Both the position numbers and the translations under genes were made by a program. Under the pieces are notes generated by a model that was not told the DNA's origin, did not search any database, and worked only from the letters and a program-made list of their open reading frames with translations. Shown here piece by piece: positions 1-8,735 of a DNA stretch of 35,327 nt. Each line of letters opens with the position of its first letter. The stretch's first letter is position 1. Source of the DNA: Cyanophyceae cyanobacterium (lineage in GTDB: Bacteria; Cyanobacteriota; Cyanobacteriia; Cyanobacteriales; JBHJGN01); contig JBHJGN010000070.1 of the NCBI GenBank assembly GCA_050331735.1, positions 1 to 35,327 on the forward strand. Reading direction: 5' to 3'.

Positions 1-19
1 GCTCAACAGAAGACATCAC

Positions 20-141
20 CAGGGTTGCTTGGTGAGCCTAGGAACCCTCGTCAGTTATCACTGTTCGAGTGGAGGAATGGTCAAGTAATTGGCTGTTCAG
101 ATTCTGCGTCCTTAGCGTAGCTTGGGCGTAGAGTATGTCAA
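20..141 (+). mobile_element. Two tandem IS200/IS605-type right-end hairpins (element body lies left of the window)
   Basis: Two imperfect subterminal hairpins each end in TCAA: AGGAACCCTCG..CGAGTGGAGGAATGGTCAA (ends 84) and TCTGCGTCC..GGGCGTAGAGTATGTCAA (ends 141). The second end coincides with the loss of TonB-like sequence. Confidence 0.6.
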
Positions 142-895
142 TGCTTGGTTGAGGTCGCGGTGGAGCAGATGAGCGAGCCGCTACCGTTCCGGGGTTAGCG
201 CTAGCTCCAGCATTTGTCGCGGGCGCAGAAGCTCCGTTCCTTAGACCTTCACTTAACTGTGGCGAACTTGATGAAGATTGAACGGGGGCTGAACTTCCTG
301 GTCGCGGCGGTGCTGATGAGCGAGCCGTTACCGTTCCGGGTGAGGGAGGAGCTGAGTCTGGCGTAGATTGATTGGGAGAGGTTAACACTGGCGGCTCTGA
401 ACTAGGTTCAAGCGGTGCTGATTGAGCTGTCGGTGAAGGCTCTACGGTTACTTCAGGGGGAGCAGCTTGGGGAACAGGCGCGGGACGAGGTTCCGCAGAA
501 GCTGCTGCTTGAGGAGCAGGAGAAGGTGCTGGTTTAGGAGGGGGAGTCTGAGGCGGAGTGACTGGTACTTCTGGTGGTGCTAGCGTTGCGGGAGGGGTGG
601 CAGCTTGCTGTAGATTTAGAGGAGCGGCGGAGGGAGTAACGGCTGGAATTGGAGTCATTTCAGCCGGCTGAGGTTCGGGTTGAGGCTTCGGCTGAGGCGT
701 TTCTGGTTCTGGCTGCTCGACAATAATTAACTCGATTGGCTCTTCTGCTGTCGGGGTCTTTGGCGACCAACGAGGGAAAATCGCTGCCAAGACTCCATGC
801 AGTAGGGCAGATCCAATCAAGCTAACTGCCAAAATTTTCTTAAGTTGCTGTTGCTCTTGCTGTCGTTGTTGAATGCAAAAGGTGGAGTTGGACAT
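142..895 (-). pseudogene. tonB: TonB energy transducer, N-terminal part, interrupted before the TonB C-terminal domain (ORF reads on to 38 in inserted DNA)
   Basis: N-terminal TM anchor with S..LH motif (SLIGSALLHG) and a long Pro-rich linker (PEPETPQPKPQPEP). No C-terminal domain. Lies in a TBDT/exbBD locus. Confidence 0.75.
152..340. repeat. Internal ~40-bp direct repeat in tonB (PGTVxARSSAPPRP twice)
   Basis: GGTCGCGG(T/C)GG(A/T)GC(A/T)GATGAGCGAGCCG(C/T)TACCGTTCCGGG at ~152-193 and ~300-339. Confidence 0.8.
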
Positions 896-963
896 TGATA
901 ATAATTTCTCTACTATCTAGGCGGTTCAGCTAGAAGTTTTGCTTTTTGATAATAATTAGCGAT
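894..963. promoter_or_regulatory. Two Fur-box-like sites upstream of tonB
   Basis: ATTGATAATAATTTCTCTA (894-912) and TTTGATAATAATTAGCGAT (945-963) resemble GATAAT-based Fur boxes; iron-uptake context. Confidence 0.6.
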
Positions 964-1024
964 TACACTTATAGTAGATTTTACAATCATGGGAATCAAG
1001 TAATCGCATCAAATTCATCAAATC

Positions 1025-2227
1025 TTATTTAGTCTGAGTAGAATAATTTGGGCTGTCGGGAGCGTTAAGGGCGATCGCCACAACCATCACGCTCAGAAAG
1101 CCTAGAACAACACTGAGGAGAAAAACGCCCCGATAGCCGATCGCTTCAGCAATCACGCCGCTAAACCCACCCGCTACTAGGCTACCGACAAAAACGAGCG
1201 TGACCTGTAACGTATAGTCAAAGCCAGCCGTTCCTAGCCGAGAGTAATCCATCATCACCGTATACAGCGCAATTAGCGCCATGCCGTAGGTGAAATGCAG
1301 TCCCGCGCTGATGGCATAGAGAACGGGTAAGCTATCAAAACCAATGGTTGGGAGAATAAAAGCGGCAGTTCCCATCGCCATCAAGATGCCAAAGATAACA
1401 AGCGATCGCTTGCGTCCCAAGGATTGAATCAAAAACCCGCTAACGAGGGAGCCGACTAAACCAGCAATATAGGCAACGATGCCGTTCATGACTCCTATTT
1501 CTGCTAGGGACAGTCCCAAATCGACTAGCAGCGGACGAAACATGGTGCTGGTAATTGTTACTCCCATCATGTAGAGCAACAGGACAATCACCCAGCGTCC
1601 CATTCCCCGACGGCGAAAAAAGTTAAACCAGACCCCCCAGCCTAAATTTTGACGAATCTGGTAATCAGCACCCTCTCGATGGAACAGAACCGGAATTAGT
1701 AATACCAGGGTCGTCAGCGCCATTGCTAATAGGCTCCTCGTCCAGCCCCAGATGTCTAGCAACACCAGAATAACTCCGCCCCCAATAATGCTGCCAAGAT
1801 AGCCGCCTGCCCCCTGAATACCGTTACCTAAACCGCGTTCTGTGGGGGCAAGTAAACCAACGGCGAGAGCATCTGTGGCGATATCTTGAGTGGCGGCTAG
1901 AGTAATCGCCAGCAGCATTCCACCGAGAAGTAGACTGAAATTAGTTTCCAGATTGAGAAAAGCGCAGCAGGCGATCGCCAGCACCAACAAGCTCTGCATC
2001 GCTACAATCCAGGCTTTATAGTGACCCCACCGCGTCCAGCCGTAGCGGTCTACTACAGGCGACCAAAATACCTTCAGCGTCCAGGGTAAGCTGAGAAAGC
2101 TCGTCAGTCCAATCACCTCCAACGAAACGCCCTGCTGCCGCAGAAAGACAGGGAGCGTCTGCCCAAAGAAAGCGACGGGCAAAAACTGAGCGATATAGAG
2201 GCTGGTGAGGATTCCCCATTTATTCAT
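1025..2227 (-). CDS. MFS transporter, RhtX/FptX (AmpG-like) siderophore importer
   Basis: About 12 hydrophobic segments; motifs LYxAQxLP, LPWxLKxxWSPxVDR, ATQDIATDALAV, AGFDYTLQ; directly downstream of a TBDT. Confidence 0.85.
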   Translation of the reverse strand: MNKWGILTSLYIAQFLPVAFFGQTLPVFLRQQGVSLEVIGLTSFLSLPWTLKVFWSPVVDRYGWTRWGHYKAWIVAMQSLLVLAIACCAFLNLETNFSLLLGGMLLAITLAATQDIATDALAVGLLAPTERGLGNGIQGAGGYLGSIIGGGVILVLLDIWGWTRSLLAMALTTLVLLIPVLFHREGADYQIRQNLGWGVWFNFFRRRGMGRWVIVLLLYMMGVTITSTMFRPLLVDLGLSLAEIGVMNGIVAYIAGLVGSLVSGFLIQSLGRKRSLVIFGILMAMGTAAFILPTIGFDSLPVLYAISAGLHFTYGMALIALYTVMMDYSRLGTAGFDYTLQVTLVFVGSLVAGGFSGVIAEAIGYRGVFLLSVVLGFLSVMVVAIALNAPDSPNYSTQTK

Positions 2228-2291
2228 TGTTCAAGTGGAAGTAGGAGGCAAAAGGCAGGAGGCAGAGGAGTAAATTTAGAACTCATTACTT

Positions 2292-4304
2292 CTAGAACTC
2301 GGTTCTGACCTGAAAACCTAGCGTTGCGGGTGCGCCGTAGCTGGCAATATTGCCCAAAGAGCCAAAGTTGAAAGCGGTTGTGAGGTGTTCGACATCAAAA
2401 ATGTTGTTGGCAAAGAAATAAATTCCGTAGTTGCCCACTTCATAGCCGAGATGGGCGTTAACCAAAACAAACGGCTCTTGCTCGAACTCGTTAGGATTAT
2501 CAAAAAAGGTCGTACCGAATCCCTGTAGCTCTAGGCGGGTAAAAAGACCGAAGGGAGCGCGATACTGGAGAGCCAAATTATAGGTATAGTCGGGCGAGTA
2601 GGGGAGGCGCTGACCGTCGATAAATTCGTTCCGAAACGGGTTAGTAAATTCATCAAAGGTAGCATCTACGTAGCCAAATCCGGCGATCGCCTCAAACCCT
2701 TCAAACGGATTTGCCCTCACCTCCACTTCAAAACCAGCAATATCGGCATCAGTATTAGCAATTTGACGAGTTAACCCCGTATCATCTACTGCCTGAAGCT
2801 GAAAGTCCTCTACTGGGCTATAGAAAGCAGCGAGGTTGACCAGTAAACGGTCATTAAACCAAGAAGACTTCAACCCTAATTCGTAGTTATAGGAGGTTTC
2901 GGTTTCAAATCGCAGTAGCTCTTCTGTCGTCCCGCCAAAATTAACTCCTGCTGGCTTGTATCCTCTAGCGATTGACCCATAAGCCATTAAACTTGGACTA
3001 AAACGGTATTGAGCAACAAAACGAGGCAACAGAATGTCATCATCCTGCTCGATGTCTTCAAAGCGGATAACGCTAGGTGGGAACCCCTCAAAGTTAGAAA
3101 TATCTGCTTTGTTTTTTAGGGTGGTATCAAATGATTCGTAGCGCAATCCTACCGTTAGAGTAAGCGCCTCAGTTGGTTGGTAGCTAGTCTGACCAAAAAG
3201 CGCAAAGGTCGTTTCTTCAATTTCTGCTCTAGTAATGGATTCTCCTGTTGGAAACCCAACTAACGTATTTTCGGTATAGCCGTCTCTTGCCTCATAGCTT
3301 CCTGACAGACGGAAAGAAAGCTGCTCGGCAATGGGCGCACTAACGCTCGCCTGCACGTCAAAGTTATCAAAGTTGCCTTAGCCGATGTTGCCTCTAAAGT
3401 CAAGTTCCTCCGCAGGCGGACGGGTAATCACGTTCACAACTCCGGCTTGGGCGTTTCTACCATAGAGAGTGGCTTGGGGTCCGCGCAGGGTTTCTACTCG
3501 CTCGATGTCGTAAAGTTCTACCCCCAAAAAGTTAACGTAGTCGTAGGGAACGTCGTCAACATAGAAGGCAACGGGATCGCGGGAGATGAAGTTAAAGTTA
3601 CTCAATCCCCGAACGCTGTAGGTAACAAAGTTGCGGCTGGGAGTGTAGGTGGTAAAGTTTGGGGTATTTTCAGCGATGTCTCTAAAAGAGGTGATGTCCC
3701 CATCCTCGATTTCTTGTTCAGTAATTGCAGTGATGCTGATGGGAACTTCCTGCAAAGGATCTGGCTGTTTCTCAGCAGTGACAATGATATCAATGGTGGG
3801 AATAGGGGCAGTGGCGCTAATCGTTAAACCCAGTTGACTTTGACTCACTTCACCAGAGGGAATGCCGTCAACTCCTGTAATAATGACTCGGACACTATTA
3901 GCATCCGCAGGCGTGACGGTAACGCTAGCAATGCCCTCCACTGGATTCTCCTGACGAAAGCTTCCTTCTGGCAACTGTAGTTGCGCGTTGGGAATATCAA
4001 TGATTAGGTCATTGCCCTCGACCGAAATCAAACCTTCTAGTGCTTGTCCAGTTTCTAGAACAACTTCAATGCCCTCAACCGTAGAGTTTACTTGTACGTT
4101 TGTTATCTGAAGTGGAATCGATTCTAGTTGCGTCAGCCTTTCAGTGACGGCGAGCGGAGTCATCTGAAACTCGTTTGCAGGAAGATAAAAATTAGAATCA
4201 CTAGTTAGCGTTACTTGTTCTGCATCAGTACGAACGGGGAATGCGAGAAGACTGAAAGGAATTGCCAATAGCCCTAAACAATTTGCTAATTGACGCTGCT
4301 TCAC
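2292..4304 (-). pseudogene. AMIN-domain TonB-dependent siderophore receptor with in-frame stop and probable internal deletion
   Basis: ORFs 3378-4346 and 2292-3356 are in one frame, separated by a single TAA (3378-3380; NIG*GNFDNFDVQ). Plug motif ERVETLRGPQATLYGRNAQAGVVNVIT and C-terminal Phe present. Barrel appears short (junction ~3260). GTG start at 4304 with GAGGAG RBS. Confidence 0.88.
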
Positions 4305-4463
4305 TAAATCACTCCTCACGGCACTGCAATTGAACACACAGACCAAAACAGCTCACTAGGCTATCGCAAGCAGCTATTGGTGTCAAAAGACAAGCTGTCA
4401 AAGATGAGGATCGAGAGGCGATCATCTTTCCCCTTCCCAACGCACTTTATAAAAAACAAATTA

Positions 4464-4482
4464 ATTGATAATAAATTTCAAT
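4464..4482. promoter_or_regulatory. Fur box in the divergent TBDT/exbB promoter
   Basis: 19-bp imperfect palindrome ATTGATAATAAATTTCAAT. Confidence 0.7.
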
Positions 4483-4529
4483 AAATAATGGTAAGATGTC
4501 AGACAACTCAAAAGACAATTTTAAGGTTT

Positions 4530-5177
4530 ATGCCCATCGAGAATTTTTGGACAGCAGGAGGGATTGTTAGCCTGCCCTTGCTGGGATTTTCTTTGTTAGC
4601 TGTTGCGCTGATTATCGAGCGCGTTGCTTTTTGGCTGAAAATTCAGCGCCGACAAAGACGAGTCGTTAAAGAAGCGCTTTCCCTCTACCGCAGCGATCCT
4701 TACGCCGCCATCAAAAAACTCAAGCAAAATGCCTCGTTGCCCATTGCCCGCATTTTCATTGAAGCGTTAGAGTTAGAGCGCCCCACCCCTGATGAGTTTC
4801 GCTTGGCGTTAGAAAGTGCGACCCAAGCAGAATTACCCATCCTCAGACGATTTAGCACTTTGTTTCAAACAATTATTACGGTTTCGCCCCTCCTAGGGTT
4901 ATTAGGAACCATTTTAGGGCTAATTCGGTCTTTTGCTTCTTTGGAAATCGGGAACGTTACCGCTACCAACACGGCAGGAGTGGCGGCAGGACTCAGTGAA
5001 GCGTTAGTTTCTACGGTGATGGGACTGATAGTAGCCATTTTCACCCTGTTGTTTGCTAATGCTTTTCGTGGACTCTATCTGCGGGAGTTAGCGTTTATTC
5101 AAGAATACGGAGGTCAGCTAGAATTGCTGTATCGGCGATCGCATGAAGGAGGGCGAAGCTATGCGTCTCCCCGATGA
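4530..5177 (+). CDS. exbB: ExbB (MotA/TolQ/ExbB proton channel)
   Basis: Motifs PLLGLLGTILGLI and GLSEALVSTVMGLIVAI; likely ATG at 4530. Confidence 0.92.
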   Translation: MPIENFWTAGGIVSLPLLGFSLLAVALIIERVAFWLKIQRRQRRVVKEALSLYRSDPYAAIKKLKQNASLPIARIFIEALELERPTPDEFRLALESATQAELPILRRFSTLFQTIITVSPLLGLLGTILGLIRSFASLEIGNVTATNTAGVAAGLSEALVSTVMGLIVAIFTLLFANAFRGLYLRELAFIQEYGGQLELLYRRSHEGGRSYASPR

Positions 5178-5562
5178 GCCAGAGTCGGGCTTTGAAATCA
5201 ACCTTGTGCCGATGATCGATGTCATTTTCTCGATCCTCGCCTTCTTTATTATTTCGACGCTGTTCTTAACCCGTTCGGAAGGATTGCCCGTCAATTTACC
5301 TTCTGCCCAAACTGCTCAAGTTGAGCCGAGTGCGCCCATCAACGTCACAATTGAACCGGATGGCGATCTGTTTCTCAACCGTCAATCAATTGAGCTTGAT
5401 AACTTACAGGGAGCCGTTGGCGCATTGATCGAACCAAACGCCGAGTCTCTAGTAATTATTAATGCCGATGAAAAGGTCGAACACGGACAAGTTGTGAGCG
5501 TCATGGATCGCCTGCGTCAGGTAGAAGGGGTAAAGCTAGCGATCGCCGCTAATAAAGAGTAG
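5161..5562 (+). CDS. exbD: ExbD biopolymer transporter
   Basis: EINLVPMIDVIFSILAFFI, VNLPSA, INADEKVEHGQVVSVMD; overlaps the exbB end. Confidence 0.92.
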   Translation: MRLPDEPESGFEINLVPMIDVIFSILAFFIISTLFLTRSEGLPVNLPSAQTAQVEPSAPINVTIEPDGDLFLNRQSIELDNLQGAVGALIEPNAESLVIINADEKVEHGQVVSVMDRLRQVEGVKLAIAANKE

Positions 5563-5703
5563 CGAGGAAATTTGGTGACTGGTTTAACTGGCTAGCGAGT
5601 AGGCGTAGAGCTAGGATTCGTGTTACCTAGTGCTAATTGCCCCCGCCCTCGTCATCGGTATGCCCCTCGATTTTAGCCATGCCCCAAGCGCTAAACGGCA
5701 GTT

Positions 5704-5940
5704 GATACAGTCGAGATCTCTGCGCTTCAACAGCTCTTGCATAACGGGCAAAAACTCCTCCTGCACCGTACAGCAGAGACAGCCATTCGCCAGCTCTAGA
5801 ATATTGTCTGAGCTGCCGTTGGCATCCTCATCGCAAATCTGGCAATCTCTCAGCAATTCCCCATCAATGCCGACTTCGCCAAATTCATTGACCAAGACGG
5901 CAATTCGGCGATCCTGATTATGCTGGAGCAAATGACGTAG
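5704..5940 (-). pseudogene. cobW: CobW (COG0523 GTPase metallochaperone) internal fragment
   Basis: RIAVLVNEFGEVGIDG and ELANGCLCCTVQEEF present; Walker A and the C-terminal two thirds are missing. Confidence 0.85.
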
Positions 5941-6003
5941 TAATACCAATTAGAAAAAGTAATAGGAGACTTGATGAGTTGGGGGGAAGGGGTAAAGGGG
6001 AAG
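5941..6003 (-). repeat. Degenerate copy of a dispersed MITE-like repeat end abutting the cobW truncation
   Basis: Minus strand reads CCAACTC...TACTTTTTCTAATTGGTATTA, sharing its terminus with copies at 18419 and 33349. Confidence 0.5.
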
Positions 6004-6104
6004 TGGAATTATGTTTACGGGAGAGCTTTTCTCGGACCTGCTTGTGAGTTATCTGTTCTTGGTGCGAGGTTATTTTGAGCTTGCTTAAATTCGATGAGCG
6101 GTGT

Positions 6105-7049
6105 TCATTCGGCTCTCCTTCGCCAACTAACGCCGACTATGCTAAAGAACAGAATACTCAGTACCGTTGTTGGTTCGGGAACAGATTGAGTATTTATTGC
6201 GCCAACCGCTTCTAGATCGAAGCCTCCCGCTCCGGGGACGGGAGTTGGCCAGGGGTCGTAGATAGGACGACCTTGAGCATCACTGAAAGCGCCGCTTCCG
6301 GGAATATCAACAATCCGCACGAAGTTAATAGCGTTGAGATCGACATTGGGCTGAGCGATCGCTGCTTCTGCCAGCACTTCTAGATCGAACGGCGTTCCCC
6401 AGGAGGTGGGCACGAATTGCTCGTCATCCAGAATAATGCCGTTGTTAACATGCTTACCGGCCAAGTTGTATACCTGAGTCGGATCGAGCTGTCCAAACGG
6501 ATCGAGAGGCTCTGGCGTTAGCGAAACGCTCGGAAAGCGCAGAAAGTTGATTCCGTCCGTAGAGACCTCGACATAAGCTAGTTCTGCAAATAGGTTGCCC
6601 GTGTCGGCGAAGCCGAAGCCATTCTCGAAGACAGCAAAATCGGGGCCCTCGCCGTTTTGCATCGGTGCATCAAAAGTCAGCGTAATCTGTCCAGGCATGG
6701 CTGACAACGCAATTTGCTCTGCCGTCAGTTCTCCCAGCGAAACAATATCGTCGAAAGCTCCTGTGACTGGTCCCAGCGCCCGTTCAGGGGTTTGCCACTG
6801 TTCTAAAACACCAGGAGCCGGGAGGTAGTCTGTGTATCCAGTTGCCCAACTAGCGAAGATGGGGTTAACCGTGTTATCGGCTGTGACGTTGCCTAGTCCA
6901 TCGGGACCGACAAAGCCAGGAATGCCAGAATCGATTTCCCCTGGGTCGAAGGTGGAGCCTGAAAAAGGCGCCCCCAGAGCTTTACCTCCTGTTAGGGGCA
7001 GCGCCATCGCGAGCAGGGTTAGAGTTTTCCAGAAAATTGGTTTTTGCAT
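6105..7049 (-). CDS. PEP-CTERM cell-surface protein with a BtuH-like (putative corrinoid-binding) domain
   Basis: Signal peptide; C-terminal VPEP-TM-RRR; motif string IVSLG..ITLTFD..NGEGPDFAVFENGF..ELAYVEVSTDG..FDL..INFVRIVD..GFDLEAV. Confidence 0.8.
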   Translation of the reverse strand: MQKPIFWKTLTLLAMALPLTGGKALGAPFSGSTFDPGEIDSGIPGFVGPDGLGNVTADNTVNPIFASWATGYTDYLPAPGVLEQWQTPERALGPVTGAFDDIVSLGELTAEQIALSAMPGQITLTFDAPMQNGEGPDFAVFENGFGFADTGNLFAELAYVEVSTDGINFLRFPSVSLTPEPLDPFGQLDPTQVYNLAGKHVNNGIILDDEQFVPTSWGTPFDLEVLAEAAIAQPNVDLNAINFVRIVDIPGSGAFSDAQGRPIYDPWPTPVPGAGGFDLEAVGAINTQSVPEPTTVLSILFFSIVGVSWRRRAE

Positions 7050-7271
7050 CGTTCTAGTTCCTTTGTAAAGCTAGTGACCTTGAGATGATTGTCCATGCAG
7101 GCTCGCCCTATGTTGCCTGAATAGTTAACGCTGTATTGTCCGCAACTGTTAGATTGTTAAATGACGCGAGGTAGAATCAAATCTTTGCCTTTGGAGGTTT
7201 TTATGCCCAGATTTAGGCAAGATAAGATGAACTTGCTCATGCCTTGTCTGAGCTCTCAAAGAGACAAGACT

Positions 7272-7850
7272 TTAGCTCTCTACTGAAGACGAGGATATGA
7301 AAATGCGCCAGAGAAGCAGACTATGACCGAGAGCGATCGCCCCTGCCCAAACGAGTTGCTTTAAAAACAACTTGGCAACGATATCCCAGTCCAGATAGTG
7401 CCCATCCGATAACACCGGAAACGCCAACAGGATTGAGCCTTGATAGAGGACAAATCCACTCAAAACCGCGATCGCCAACCAGAGGAAATGTCCCGTCCAG
7501 GTGGACTGGCTGAAAAAAGGTCGCCAACTGGCTAAGGCAACAACGAGCAACGTGCCCAGACCCATCAATATTCCCCAGGCGAAAGCCACTCCGGTTAAAG
7601 GGTAGCCCCGTAAACCAAAGCCAATCCCCTGATTGATCAACCAGCTCAGTAACGCCACCGTCACTGCCCGCTGTCGGGTCAGCATAACGCCACTCATAGT
7701 AGCAAAGGCAACCAGAGGCGGGTGGGCATACACAACATTACTCGCGGTGGCGATCGCTAATAGGGCAAAAGGAAGCCAGCGATTGTGCGCCAGCGATTGC
7801 CAGACTTGCTCGAAACTGTGCGTCTCAAGCTGTTCTAGGGATCTTGCCAT
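7272..7850 (-). CDS. Cobalamin-riboswitch-controlled integral membrane protein (putative cobalt/corrinoid transporter)
   Basis: 192 aa, about 5-6 TM segments, motif WLINQGIGFGLRGYP..WG; first gene after the riboswitch. Confidence 0.7.
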   Translation of the reverse strand: MARSLEQLETHSFEQVWQSLAHNRWLPFALLAIATASNVVYAHPPLVAFATMSGVMLTRQRAVTVALLSWLINQGIGFGLRGYPLTGVAFAWGILMGLGTLLVVALASWRPFFSQSTWTGHFLWLAIAVLSGFVLYQGSILLAFPVLSDGHYLDWDIVAKLFLKQLVWAGAIALGHSLLLWRIFISSSSVES

Positions 7851-7984
7851 CGCTCCTAGCTCCTGACCCTTGAAAGTTGTCTGGTCAAGCAGGCCGCCAG
7901 CAGGCTCTGATCGTTTTGTTCCCAGACTAAAGCAGAAAAATTTATCATCATCCGTACCTCGCAGATGTTGTCGAACATGAACGT

Positions 7985-8106
7985 TTCATCAGCGGGCATT
8001 CTGACTGGGAGGCGTATAACCTCCTTCACAGTTGCGGGACAGCGGCAGATTCTCACTGCTCTTTCCCCGTTTCCTCTAGCGGCTGCTCCCCGCTAGAACT
8101 GATGAA
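7985..8106 (-). ncRNA. Cobalamin riboswitch
   Basis: Minus strand: AGTTCTAGCGG..CCGCTAGAGG AAACGGGGAAAG..GTGAGAATC..GCTGTCCCGCAACTGT..AGTCAGAATGCCCGC; P1 TTCATCAG/CTGATGAA closes the aptamer. Confidence 0.95.
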
Positions 8107-8114
8107 GTAAGCAA

Positions 8115-8123
8115 ATTGTATCA
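8115..8123 (-). promoter_or_regulatory. Extended -10 element for the riboswitch transcript
   Basis: TGATACAAT on the minus strand, ~8 nt upstream of the aptamer P1. Confidence 0.55.
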
Positions 8124-8333
8124 TTCTGCTCCTGGCTTCAAGCATTGATATTTATCAACCATCGCCCTTAAAACTGGCTTGAAGCATTATCAGTATTAAG
8201 CTTTAAGCCTTTCAAGGCTGACACAAATTTGTAAATAAAGTTTAAGGAACCGCTGAAATCTTGACAAGAACACAATTGTCACTGTTGGCTTTAACCATCC
8301 ACAAATTCTGTACACGCTTAAGGTCAAAAACGT

Positions 8334-8717
8334 ATGAAAATATCTCTTGTCGCTCGCAACCGAAGAGCGATTGTCTCAGTAATTTCCTTGCTAGCGATCG
8401 CTAAACCGAGTAAAGCCGTCGCCGTTCATCCAGAACCTTTAGAAACGAGAGAATCTTTTAATCCCAATGAAACAGTCACTAACGAATCTCGTCGAGCCTG
8501 CGTACGTCATCCTAAACTTGCTCAGCACTTCTGTACTTCCGCTTAACAGTTGCAGGATGTCAAAAAAGGAGTGCCAGAGATCGACGAATTGACTCGTCCC
8601 GAACAAGAACTGATGAATGTTACCGATGAAGAAAGTGATACGGCTGTGGAGATATTTGGGTGTGATTGCGTCGCCTCGATTAATTGTTTGCGTCGTCTGC
8701 GTAATCAACTTCCCTGA
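8334..8717 (+). pseudogene. Small secreted cyanobacterial Cys-motif protein with an in-frame stop
   Basis: After the TAA at 8544-8546 the frame continues QLQDVKKGVPEIDELTRPEQELMNVTDEESDTAVEIFGCDCVASINCLRRLRNQLP* to 8717; N-terminal signal-like segment. Confidence 0.7.
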
Positions 8718-8735
8718 TTTTGAGGAGAGGGAGAG

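Noticed and set aside
3378..3380. Programmed read-through of the TBDT stop
   Set aside because: TAA with no recoding signal, and the gene also appears internally deleted
5623..5703. Tail of the cobW ORF (LALGAWLKSRGIPMTRAG) as a fused HupE/UreJ remnant
   Set aside because: Too short to assign; may be non-coding read-through
7137..7149. TGTCCGCAACTGT, similar to the riboswitch core
   Set aside because: On the opposite strand to the operon and lacks the other aptamer elements
7856..8056. 66-aa ORF over the riboswitch
   Set aside because: Lies on the riboswitch/leader RNA with no coding signature
8439..8735. Long C-terminal extension of the Rieske ORF
   Set aside because: Antisense read-through across the neighbouring pseudogene
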